The notes below the pieces were generated by a model, which saw nothing but the letters and a program-made list of their open reading frames with translations, had not been told where the DNA came from and did not search any database. From Parachlamydiales bacterium (GTDB lineage Bacteria > Chlamydiota > Chlamydiia > Chlamydiales > JAJFMK01): a DNA stretch of 64,000 nt. Position numbers and translations under genes: made by a program. Location: positions 88,121 to 152,120 of the forward strand of contig OY969899.1 of assembly GCA_963704365.1 (NCBI GenBank). Direction: 5' to 3'. How positions within the stretch are numbered: the stretch's first letter is position 1; every line of letters starts with the position of its first letter. Shown in pieces: positions 1-8,742 of the stretch.

Positions 1-1
1 A

Positions 2-3000
2 CAGGGTCAGCTTGAGGTTGATGACAGCCAACCTAAGCTTTTTAATGGGATGAAGAGACAGGGGATAAGGGAACTGTCAAAACTTTTGGATCATTTTGCC
101 GATCCAAGAAAACCAGTTAGCGGTGATCAAAGGGCAATTGTAAATAATATTTTAGATCTTCCAAATGGAAGAGAGCTTATTTCTTTTTTAGGAAGACCCA
201 TCATCCAACAACAAATCAGGGGCCTCTTCAGCAAAGCTTTGTCTCAGCCTGGTAATGTGGATTTCATTCTAACTCAATTTGAGAGTGCAATTGGAAAAAT
301 AACTAAAGAGCAGTGGATAGAAACCAGTGGCCTTTCTTCGACTAATTTCCTCAAGTGGGTAGCAGAAGGACGATTTGCCCCTAACTTTCTCATCGCACCT
401 TCTAGAAGAGAAACAATCAGTTTTAAAGGACCGCAACTAAGGATGGAGGCTGCAGCCGATTTTGCAATACTAAAGAATGACAGGAATCGTTTTGTTAATT
501 CGTTAACCGATCAATTAAAAGGAGGTTCTAGCATTGATTTAGGCAGGGCTAGCAAATCCCTAGAGACTTTTGCAAAAAAAGTGGAAGCGACAAGGCTAAA
601 ATATGGGGACGTAGAACGTCGTTATAGTCACAATCTTAGAGGCCCTTTTTATTCAGGACTCTCTACAGAGATTCTATTTGAGCATCACAAATTTTTGCGT
701 GAAGAAGTCGCGGTGGTAGAAGCGTTAAAGCTATTTCTTGACCCAAATAAAAGAGACCTGCCCCTTTCAAAGACAAAAGCAACAGATGGTGAAATAACGA
801 TTGGTCAGGCGATTGGTCAGGGGATCCCTATTGCTGAAATTCTAGTTAGATTAGATGAAACACCGGAAGTGAAAAAAATTTTAGATGAATCTAATGAAAT
901 ATTAGAGAAAGTACGTTACTGGGGCGATGCATCGGCCAAAAAACAGAGTTTTGAAGGGAGTATCACGCTGGCACGGGAGTTCTATGAACAGGTAAACCGT
1001 GAAGGTAAACAAAAACTAAGATCGGACCAATCTCCAGAGTGGGATGCTAAAACGTTCAATAAAGCAATAGAACTTGCTGACCATGCGATTAAAAGTGCTA
1101 ATCAATCCCATCTTCTCCAATTTGCGGTAACTGGTGCTTGGATGGGTGTAGTCGGTTATTTTAACACTAAGGCGCAAAATATCCGTTTGCAAGAAGCTCG
1201 TCAGTTAAAAATCGATATTTGCCGTAGCGCATACCTGGCTTCTCCCGATAAAACAAGTGACCAAGCAAAACTTGCTTTAAAGACAGCGTTAGAAACCGCT
1301 CAAGAACTTGGAAAAACTAGAGAGACTAAGATCAGTGCTCTCCAAAAAGCTATTTCGAGCTATTTAGGTCGAACCGAAGAGATTAGCCTTTGGAAACCTG
1401 AGCGTTCTGATACATCACTAAAAGGGTTTAGCGATCTTTTTATTTTCCATGGAATAAAAGAAGCTGGTGAAGAAATTCTTAAAGTTCTTGAGGCAAAAAA
1501 GAAATCAGGTAAGCCATTGTCCGATATGGACATTCAGCATCTTGTACTTATTGGCCTTGCATTGCCCGATCTTGCTAATAGGGCTATGACTATAGGACCA
1601 GATGCAGCAGGGGCCTTTGCAAAAATAAGAGATGCCATTAAAAGTGAAAACCCAGACCTCAACACATTGAGTCTTTCTGTACCCATCCTGCAATCCCTTT
1701 CATCTTACTATAAAAACAGGGCGGCAAATTTTTCAGCGGAAGCAGACACTATTCGCCCAAGCCGTAAAAGAATTGATGCTCTGTTAAAACAAATTCCACG
1801 TGCAACAAGAGCTGAAGCTCTCATTCCTCAGTACCTGAGACGCTTACCAGAAATCATGGAAAATAGAAAAGTTTTCCAAGATGCAATGACTAAAGGGGCA
1901 ACCTTTAAAGAAGCGTCGGCTATGAAAGAGACAGTCAACGAAGACAATACATTTTTAACTGAAATTTTGAGTGCTTGTAGAAAAGACTCTATATGGGGTG
2001 CGAAAGGCTTGCTGCAACTGCTTAATGCAGGAGTCATGGAGGCAAGAGGTCCCTTCGTCGAGCTTATAAGTGAGAGGTTAATTAACGAAAGCGTTGAAAC
2101 AGCGCCTATTTCGAAAGATGAGTTGCAGGCGTTAGCCTTCATGTCGGTCACTGGATCTATGTGGGCTAGAGATCTTATTATCCGCTTGCAAGATCGTTTC
2201 CCTGCCGCTTCCGTTTTTATAACGAACCCCTCTCGCGCAGTTTTGGGCTTCCCGTCAAATGTAAAAGGTGATTTAAGCCTGGCTGAGATGAAAAAGGCCC
2301 TAGTTATGGCGAAAGATCAGACTCAAATATTGATAGATTCGTTGTCAAGGCAAGCGAATCTTCCAATAAATATCACCCCTATAATTGTAGCAGCACAACG
2401 AGAACTGGATGATCTAAACGATAAAAAAGGAGCTGGGACAATAGATGAGGACGAGTATAACGTCCAAAAGTCGTTGATTGAACTCACTCAACAGTTGGCA
2501 TTAGACGAATCTGAAAATGGCAATCAGCAGATTCAACAGGAATTAGAAAGACTAAACTACTCGGAATACCAACTTGAAGCGTTGATAACTCTAGAAATGC
2601 CGTCTCAAATATGCAGTGATTTTAAAGAAGCTTCAGGTTTTATAGAGAAGCATCGAGCTGATCCTAACAAATTGATGTTGATATTTAGAGGTGGGTTGAT
2701 CCGCCGAGACCAAGAACTTTTAAAGGCTGCTGGGGGAGTGCTCTTAGCCAATCTCAAAGATCGGTTAGATCCAATATTACAAAGAGGAGAAAGGGTAACT
2801 CTGACAAATCCTGAATTTGAATTTTTATCTAACGCGAAAAAACTAGATGAAAGTAATGATTATGGAAATACCTTTAAGGATGCAGGAAGATTACTGTCAG
2901 AGGTTGTCGGTTCAATGGGCGAACCCATATCGCCTGCTGTACAAGAACAGTTGGATGAAAGGGGGCCCATTTTGGAATCCAGACCCATCCCACGAGGGTC

Positions 3001-3382
3001 ATCCGTTGAAAGCCTAGAGGTTGATTTTGAAAACTTAGCTCAAGAATTAGGGGAAGAAGCTGGGAGATTGGCTCCTCAAATGGCAGAACCATTATTTGAA
3101 GCTGAACGTCCTGCAAGTCCCACCGGTCAACATGAGGTTGTACTAGCTGGGGAAGAATTGGCTACTTTTTTTGATGGACTACTTATCACTGATAGCATGC
3201 CGAACTTAGTTGAAGTGGTTGAAGTCAACCCTCTAATTCCCTCTCCAATACCTGAAGAGCGGCTTTCAGTTACTTCTAGACGGGGATCAACCTCTAGTCG
3301 CCTCACAACTGTATTAGATGCGCTAAGAGCCCTTGGAGAAATTGGGGGTGACCTATTGCAAAGTCTAAGTAATATTGCATAG
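2..3382 (+). CDS. Large all-helical hypothetical protein, paralog A of a 3-member family; 5' end lies outside the window; candidate T3SS substrate
   Basis: The reading frame is open from position 2, with no stop upstream of the ATG at 50. It aligns from about residue 320 of the neighbouring paralog. Shared motifs: GLSSTNFLKWVAEGRFAPNFL vs GLSSDNLLVWLATGTFLPWFL, and TRLKYGDVERRYSHNLRGPFYSG..FEHHKFLREEVA vs THLKYGEIERRVGQKLRTPFFAG..YEHQKFLREQVA. Confidence 0.75.
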   Translation, partial: QGQLEVDDSQPKLFNGMKRQGIRELSKLLDHFADPRKPVSGDQRAIVNNILDLPNGRELISFLGRPIIQQQIRGLFSKALSQPGNVDFILTQFESAIGKITKEQWIETSGLSSTNFLKWVAEGRFAPNFLIAPSRRETISFKGPQLRMEAAADFAILKNDRNRFVNSLTDQLKGGSSIDLGRASKSLETFAKKVEATRLKYGDVERRYSHNLRGPFYSGLSTEILFEHHKFLREEVAVVEALKLFLDPNKRDLPLSKTKATDGEITIGQAIGQGIPIAEILVRLDETPEVKKILDESNEILEKVRYWGDASAKKQSFEGSITLAREFYEQVNREGKQKLRSDQSPEWDAKTFNKAIELADHAIKSANQSHLLQFAVTGAWMGVVGYFNTKAQNIRLQEARQLKIDICRSAYLASPDKTSDQAKLALKTALETAQELGKTRETKISALQKAISSYLGRTEEISLWKPERSDTSLKGFSDLFIFHGIKEAGEEILKVLEAKKKSGKPLSDMDIQHLVLIGLALPDLANRAMTIGPDAAGAFAKIRDAIKSENPDLNTLSLSVPILQSLSSYYKNRAANFSAEADTIRPSRKRIDALLKQIPRATRAEALIPQYLRRLPEIMENRKVFQDAMTKGATFKEASAMKETVNEDNTFLTEILSACRKDSIWGAKGLLQLLNAGVMEARGPFVELISERLINESVETAPISKDELQALAFMSVTGSMWARDLIIRLQDRFPAASVFITNPSRAVLGFPSNVKGDLSLAEMKKALVMAKDQTQILIDSLSRQANLPINITPIIVAAQRELDDLNDKKGAGTIDEDEYNVQKSLIELTQQLALDESENGNQQIQQELERLNYSEYQLEALITLEMPSQICSDFKEASGFIEKHRADPNKLMLIFRGGLIRRDQELLKAAGGVLLANLKDRLDPILQRGERVTLTNPEFEFLSNAKKLDESNDYGNTFKDAGRLLSEVVGSMGEPISPAVQEQLDERGPILESRPIPRGSSVESLEVDFENLAQELGEEAGRLAPQMAEPLFEAERPASPTGQHEVVLAGEELATFFDGLLITDSMPNLVEVVEVNPLIPSPIPEERLSVTSRRGSTSSRLTTVLDALRALGEIGGDLLQSLSNIA

Positions 3383-3422
3383 ACAACTGTTTAAGATTAA
3401 AAAAGGGTAAAAAGAATGACTT

Positions 3423-6400
3423 ATGACTTCTGCACCAGAAAATGAGAGGATGGATATCCATGTGGCGACAGGCTTGTATCAAGCCTGGATGGCACAGACT
3501 GGAAAGGGAGAAAAGTCAGCACTCAATCGTCTACCTCCCGAAGAGAGAAAAGCGATGGAAGAGGTGGTCAAATTCTTCCTCAATTACCAAAAGAGTTTGC
3601 CAACCCAACCTCCAGAGATTACAGACTCTTACAAAGCCTTGATGAAAAGGTTAGGGGTATCGGCAAAAGAGCTAGAAAAAGCGAATTTTTCCCCACAAAG
3701 AATCAAGGATCAATTCTTTCTTTTGATGGAAGAGGCAGCAGTCAAAACGGCTGGTGTACCCCCTAAGCAGTTGCAGAAAGCTTTATTTGATGAAGTTTCC
3801 AAATTGATGTATGAGAGGGAAAAGTACTCTGCTTTGAACCATCCAGTGGTTAGAGCCCAACTCGAAAAACTCCTTTCCTCTTTACCTACTGGCTTAGCTC
3901 AAGAAAGGATCCTTCCAGAACTTAAAAAAGGGTTTAATCAAGCTATAGATGAAAGTTTTCCAGCAGATCTTGCCAAGCGTGTGGCCAGGACCGCCTCTAT
4001 CCTTCGCCCTCTCATCATGCGAGATGAGAAAATTTACTCCAGTATTGCAAAAGCAGAAAGCTTTGCCGTTTGGATGAAGAGGGACGGAAAAAAGGTAGAA
4101 GAGGCTTTCAGCAGGCTTTTGAAGCAAGCCTCAAAAGATTATCAAATCGGGCAAGAGAAACATCCTAATCAGGCCATTTTAAACAGGGCACTCGAACTCC
4201 TCGACGGTATCCATAGTGGAAAATGGATGTTGTCCAGTCAAGAAGATACTGCCGTTTTACGAAATGATTGGGTGAAAAAAGAGATGGAAGGGGTGCTCCA
4301 ATTAGGGAAGCAGAAGGGATTAAATCCCCTCCAGGTCCAACAAGAATTGAGCCGGGTCCTGGCAAGCTTTAAAACAGCATCGATAGAGAAAAGTGGTTTA
4401 TCCTCAGACAATCTTCTGGTTTGGTTGGCCACAGGGACCTTTTTACCTTGGTTTTTGAAGTTCCCTTCTTTACTTGGTTTTACGGTTCGGGAAGAATCTG
4501 TCCAAAAAGCAGCCGTTTTAAGAGAAGAGGTGTCAGCCGATCTTGCCCACCTGCTGCGGGAGAAGAACCGGATAGGCACAGCCCTACATGAAAAGTTAAT
4601 CGCCCATGCCGACTTAGCGCCTCTTCGAGCCGCCTATAAAACCTTTGCTAAACAGGTTGAAGAGACACATTTGAAATATGGGGAAATCGAAAGAAGGGTA
4701 GGTCAAAAACTTCGAACCCCTTTCTTTGCAGGAGTCTTTGCTGAAGTCCTCTATGAACATCAGAAATTTTTACGTGAACAGGTGGCTTACTCGAAGGCCC
4801 TTGGGCTATTTCTAGCTCAAGAAGATGAAGTTATCCGTGGGCAAGAGTTTAAAACCAAAGAGGCTTTACCCTCCCGTTTTGCAGATCATCCCGAGGTTAA
4901 AGAGATCGTAAAACAGGCAGATACTCTTTTGCCCCGTGCCCATTTCTGGGCCGAGCAAGCCGACCAAAAAGGGAGTTTGGAAGGGACGATGACTTTGGCT
5001 CGGGAATGTGATGATCAAACCGACTGGAGTGATCGGCATCCTCTTCGTCTTCAAGCAAATTATGAAAAAGCGATGGCTCTTGCCGACCGGGCTATAAAAA
5101 TAGCTGAAAACCGTGATCTGTCCCGATTTCCCCTCCTTGGGGCCCTTTCAAAAGCGTTCGGGTGCCAATCTTTTCAAAAAGAGGGTCTTGCTAAAGCAAG
5201 ACAATTAAAAGCCGATATCTGCCTCAAAGCCTACTTAGCGGATAAAAGTGGTCTCTATCTCGAGGCTGTTGTCAAAGCCCTCATTGAATTGAGAGACATG
5301 AAAGCCAATAGTGCCAATCAAGTCACACAGGAATTGAAGGCTATTGAGGCTTTACCTACAGATGAAGATAAAATCGGTTATTTATTTGGTTTCCGTCCAC
5401 TCGAATTGAAAACAGATGAGACAGAGGTATTCCAAGTTAAAGGGTTATTAGATGAAATTTTGACGATTTACAAAAAAAGTCCGCAGAATGAAGCCAAACA
5501 GTTGCTCAAGTTGATCAACGAAGGTGTAGAGTCTGCCAACAGCACTTTTGTCGATCTATTAGAAGAAAGATACCGTCTGTTTGGCGGTCAGATAGCTTTG
5601 ACTCAAAATGAATTAAATGCCCTTACCCTCATCGGATTGTCAGGGTCGGATGGGGCTAAACGGCTTTTAGATAGGCTGAAAGATCGTTTCCCCTCCGCCT
5701 CTTTATTTTGCCAAAATGTCCTTTCTGGCCTCTCGTTCAAGACATTCGGAGAACCTCACGATCTTAGTAGAACTGAGATGATAAAGATCCTCACGCAACT
5801 AGCGGTTACATCCGAGAAAAAATTCATTCGGCTTGTTCAAGATCTAGATGTAAAGAGAAATTCCGGTCCAGACTACTTTAAATTTCTTAAAACTGATGAT
5901 TCATTACTGCAAAAGGCAGAGTCAGATGTACTAGCAGAGCTCAAGAAGGAGTATCCGCACGAAATAATCAGGGCTGAAGAGATGATAGCGGCAGTCGTAA
6001 AAACCTTAAGTGGAGTCGAACAGACCCTATTGCTTGAGAGTGGAACAGACGAATATTTTAAATCCCAAAGAGATGAAAAGGACTTAAAAGATCTTTTGAC
6101 CCCTTATCAAGACCAGCCAGAGGCGCTGATCTATCTGTTTAATCGAGGGCTAGAAGCGAAAGATCAACATTTGTTGATAGCTATTTATCAACCTCTTTTC
6201 GAGTATTTTTATCAAAAATTTGTAGAGGAGGGGGGGTACTTTTCCGAACCTGAATTATTGTTTTTGAGACAGGTTGAGCAACTTGATAGTCATAGTTTCG
6301 GTGATAAAAATAGAGCCATTGTCCAAGACTTGAAAACAGCGTCTAAGGCTTTTAGTCAGCTTGGGGAAAAAAGAGAGGTTTATCTAGATGTCGGTCCCTT

Positions 6401-6962
6401 CCCAAGTTTCTTGATTTCTGAAAAAGATGCGGGGCCAACCAGTCTGATAGATCTTGCCTGTAAAAAGTATACAAAGAAGTTGTATACAACTTTATTTGAT
6501 AACAATCGCCTTCTAGAAGGTCGCTGGGATCGTTTTAAATTCAATTTACAAAGCAATCTTTTAAACTTAGAGATATTTAAAGATCCCTTCAGGCTCTTGG
6601 CAGAAGAACCTGCCCCCATCTGGGTAAAGTTATATCAGGGTAATGAAAAACAGATTGTAAAGGCCCTTGAAGACTATTTTCCCGAAGGGGAAAAAAGGAA
6701 GCAATTCGTGCAGGTTTTAACAACTTTTGACTGTGTGATAGAGGCTTATAAGAAAACTGGGGCAAATGAGGAGGAGGTGATCCTTTTTCTTGCCAGAGTT
6801 ATAGGCCCAAGCCTCATCCAACCGAGCAATGCCGCAAGGACAAGCATTCCTCAGGAAAGAGCTGAGGTCTATAAACGGATAGCGATCCTTGTAAGCCGTT
6901 TATTACGGGCGCGGGGATCAATTTTCCAAGCCTTTGGAGGCCGCACCTTCCCAATGAGTTAG
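3423..6962 (+). CDS. Large all-helical hypothetical protein, paralog B (full length, 1179 aa); candidate T3SS substrate
   Basis: Long ORF starting 40 nt after paralog A. The N-terminal motif MDIHVATGLYQAWMAQTGKGEKSALNRLPPEERKAMEEVVKF matches IHIDLDQAIGIYEAWQKHAAGKGEKASLKRLYPGERDAMEKIAKF of the paralog at 37092..40388. No catalytic motif recognised. Confidence 0.8.
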   Translation: MTSAPENERMDIHVATGLYQAWMAQTGKGEKSALNRLPPEERKAMEEVVKFFLNYQKSLPTQPPEITDSYKALMKRLGVSAKELEKANFSPQRIKDQFFLLMEEAAVKTAGVPPKQLQKALFDEVSKLMYEREKYSALNHPVVRAQLEKLLSSLPTGLAQERILPELKKGFNQAIDESFPADLAKRVARTASILRPLIMRDEKIYSSIAKAESFAVWMKRDGKKVEEAFSRLLKQASKDYQIGQEKHPNQAILNRALELLDGIHSGKWMLSSQEDTAVLRNDWVKKEMEGVLQLGKQKGLNPLQVQQELSRVLASFKTASIEKSGLSSDNLLVWLATGTFLPWFLKFPSLLGFTVREESVQKAAVLREEVSADLAHLLREKNRIGTALHEKLIAHADLAPLRAAYKTFAKQVEETHLKYGEIERRVGQKLRTPFFAGVFAEVLYEHQKFLREQVAYSKALGLFLAQEDEVIRGQEFKTKEALPSRFADHPEVKEIVKQADTLLPRAHFWAEQADQKGSLEGTMTLARECDDQTDWSDRHPLRLQANYEKAMALADRAIKIAENRDLSRFPLLGALSKAFGCQSFQKEGLAKARQLKADICLKAYLADKSGLYLEAVVKALIELRDMKANSANQVTQELKAIEALPTDEDKIGYLFGFRPLELKTDETEVFQVKGLLDEILTIYKKSPQNEAKQLLKLINEGVESANSTFVDLLEERYRLFGGQIALTQNELNALTLIGLSGSDGAKRLLDRLKDRFPSASLFCQNVLSGLSFKTFGEPHDLSRTEMIKILTQLAVTSEKKFIRLVQDLDVKRNSGPDYFKFLKTDDSLLQKAESDVLAELKKEYPHEIIRAEEMIAAVVKTLSGVEQTLLLESGTDEYFKSQRDEKDLKDLLTPYQDQPEALIYLFNRGLEAKDQHLLIAIYQPLFEYFYQKFVEEGGYFSEPELLFLRQVEQLDSHSFGDKNRAIVQDLKTASKAFSQLGEKREVYLDVGPFPSFLISEKDAGPTSLIDLACKKYTKKLYTTLFDNNRLLEGRWDRFKFNLQSNLLNLEIFKDPFRLLAEEPAPIWVKLYQGNEKQIVKALEDYFPEGEKRKQFVQVLTTFDCVIEAYKKTGANEEEVILFLARVIGPSLIQPSNAARTSIPQERAEVYKRIAILVSRLLRARGSIFQAFGGRTFPMS

Positions 6963-7170
6963 CTATCGGTCGCGTTTAGATCCCTTGAAGCTCCTGTTCA
7001 TTCGCATTAAGCTAAGGAATTCAAGCCTGAAGGTCTTGAATAACGATCACCCCGCAATGGACTAAAACCACCTAATTTTTTGTCATGGCAAGGGATGCAG
7101 TGCTTAATTTCTACTTGCTGACCAGTTATCACAATCTCGCTAACATTGAAATATTGGACAATCGTTCAGG

Positions 7171-7527
7171 TCAAGGAACAGGGTCGAATTTGACCTTGCA
7201 CCCTTCTTTATTGATGATGGTCGGGTAGAGCCAAGGTTCTTGGTTTTCACGCATCAATCGATCACATCCTAACAAGAATCCATCCACAAAACCGTAACGC
7301 TCGATCGCCTGCAAGGTGTAAGAAGAAGAGGTAGGGTAATAGTTGCTGCGTGGGCCGTCGGCAGGGGAAATGACCTCTTGATGGAACCTGATCATCGCAC
7401 GGGCCACTTTCTGAACGACCGATTGAGGTGGGAGAGGGGTCTCAACAGGTTTTGGTTGGCAAAGGTCGGCATCTTTGCCCCAAGGGACAATCGAAAGTAA
7501 AAGAACGAGAAGGACGTTAAAAGCCAT
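7171..7527 (-). CDS. yidD: YidD-family-like small protein with N-terminal signal/TM segment; conserved cysteines replaced
   Basis: RAMIRFHQEVISPADGPRSNYYPTSSSYTLQAIERYGFVDGFLLGCDRLMRE aligns with the E. coli YidD core ([42 protein letters not shown]). Ser or other residues occupy the Cys positions. Confidence 0.6.
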   Translation of the reverse strand: MAFNVLLVLLLSIVPWGKDADLCQPKPVETPLPPQSVVQKVARAMIRFHQEVISPADGPRSNYYPTSSSYTLQAIERYGFVDGFLLGCDRLMRENQEPWLYPTIINKEGCKVKFDPVP

Positions 7528-8410
7528 AATTTATCTGCAGTAGAGGGAAAAGGCGCTCTTTCATCATGTACTCTTTTCCAAGGACATTATAGACCTGTTG
7601 ATTGTGCTCTTTAGCTAGAAGTCCAGCCCCATTGATTCCACCAAAATACCAGCCCGATTCAAGACTCAGGGTAAAAATGCCCCAGGCTGTGTGCCCATGT
7701 TGAAAAAGTTCAACGGTGGCCCAGATGAAAAGTCCATTCAGGAGAAAAGAGGTGATCGCACTTCTTGTTTGTCCCATGTAGAGGTAGCCGGCACCTGGAA
7801 GAATGGCCTGCATCGCACGGACCTTATTTGGCGATATCCTCAAGTCACAATAGCAATTTTTTAGGGGTTCTGGTGGATTGAAAGTCAGTACCTGTTGACC
7901 TTGTTCGGTGGCCTGTTGTTCAGGTTCTGACATTAGGGGAAGGATAGCTTCAGCTTTTTCACATTGCCCGATTCTTTCATAACACTCCCTAAGGGTGGTG
8001 ACAAGGGTATCAAAGGCGGGGAATGTCCGGTCAACCGACGAGATGGAACCAGTCTCAAAAATGATAACCGCCTCTTGGTATTTGCCCCCGAGGTAATAGG
8101 CAAAAAGGAGGCAAAAATCGATCTCTTGGATGCGAGAGATCGGAGGATTGAGGAAACCAGCCCGTTTAAAGCAGGTGATGGCGCGGAAAAGGTCGAGCTC
8201 TTGGGCAAAAGCTTTTCCCATTTGCAGCTCTATAGCCCAAGGCTCTTTTTGTTCAGAGGGTGAGAGAGGGGGGAAGGGCGAGGGCCAAGAGTTGACAAGA
8301 CGTTCAGTTGGAATCAGGCAAATCGAGGGGACGATCTCGTCATTGTACATCGCCTTTCCGCATCCGGCGCAAAGAAGAAGAAGGAGGAGGGAGAGTGTGT
8401 TTTTAAGCAT
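7517..8410 (-). CDS. Putative lipoprotein with TPR-like region and C-terminal membrane helices
   Basis: Lipobox-like N-terminus (LLLLLLCAGCGK), TPR-like helices, and a C-terminal hydrophobic PGAGYLYMGQ...FLLNGLFIWATVELF segment. It overlaps the yidD-like gene by 11 nt, suggesting an operon. Confidence 0.6.
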   Translation of the reverse strand: MLKNTLSLLLLLLCAGCGKAMYNDEIVPSICLIPTERLVNSWPSPFPPLSPSEQKEPWAIELQMGKAFAQELDLFRAITCFKRAGFLNPPISRIQEIDFCLLFAYYLGGKYQEAVIIFETGSISSVDRTFPAFDTLVTTLRECYERIGQCEKAEAILPLMSEPEQQATEQGQQVLTFNPPEPLKNCYCDLRISPNKVRAMQAILPGAGYLYMGQTRSAITSFLLNGLFIWATVELFQHGHTAWGIFTLSLESGWYFGGINGAGLLAKEHNQQVYNVLGKEYMMKERLFPLLQINYGF

Positions 8411-8423
8411 ACAGTTTGTATTT

Positions 8424-8731
8424 TGTAGCTCGAGACTAAAGAGCCACTTGCAAAAATCCGTTAAGTGGAGAAACAGCCCCAGAGGGACGAAATATGAAAG
8501 CCTAGGACGAAGTCCTAGGTAACAATTGGTAATAGAATTGGAGTCCTGGAGGGACGATATATCGTTTTCCTCAAGTACTCCTGGAGCTATTAAATGCCGT
8601 CCCTCCAGGACTCCAATTTTTTAATCATTCTGGTTCCTGGGCCTTCGACCCAGGCTTTCATATCTCGGCCCTCCGGGCCTATTTTGTAACCATTCTGAAT
8701 TTTGCAAGTGGCTCTTTAGTCTCGAGCTACA
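8424..8731. repeat. 308-bp palindromic (MITE/REP-cluster-like) element with perfect 32-bp terminal inverted repeats
   Basis: tgtagctcgagactaaagagccacttgcaaaa (8424-8455) is the exact reverse complement of 8700-8731. The two arms remain imperfectly complementary across the whole element. They contain sub-hairpins (cctaggaCGAAGtcctagg 8501-8519; cctgggccttcgacccagg 8636-8654). Related arms occur at 50684-50958, 61693-61754 and 34304-34333. Confidence 0.85.
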
Positions 8732-8742
8732 TATCTTTTGTA

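Noticed and set aside
7964-8522. Plus-strand ORFs of 99 and 130 aa reaching into the palindromic element
   Set aside because: They are antisense to the TPR lipoprotein gene and run into repeat DNA. The Arg-rich composition (AQRRRRRRESV) is typical of spurious frames.
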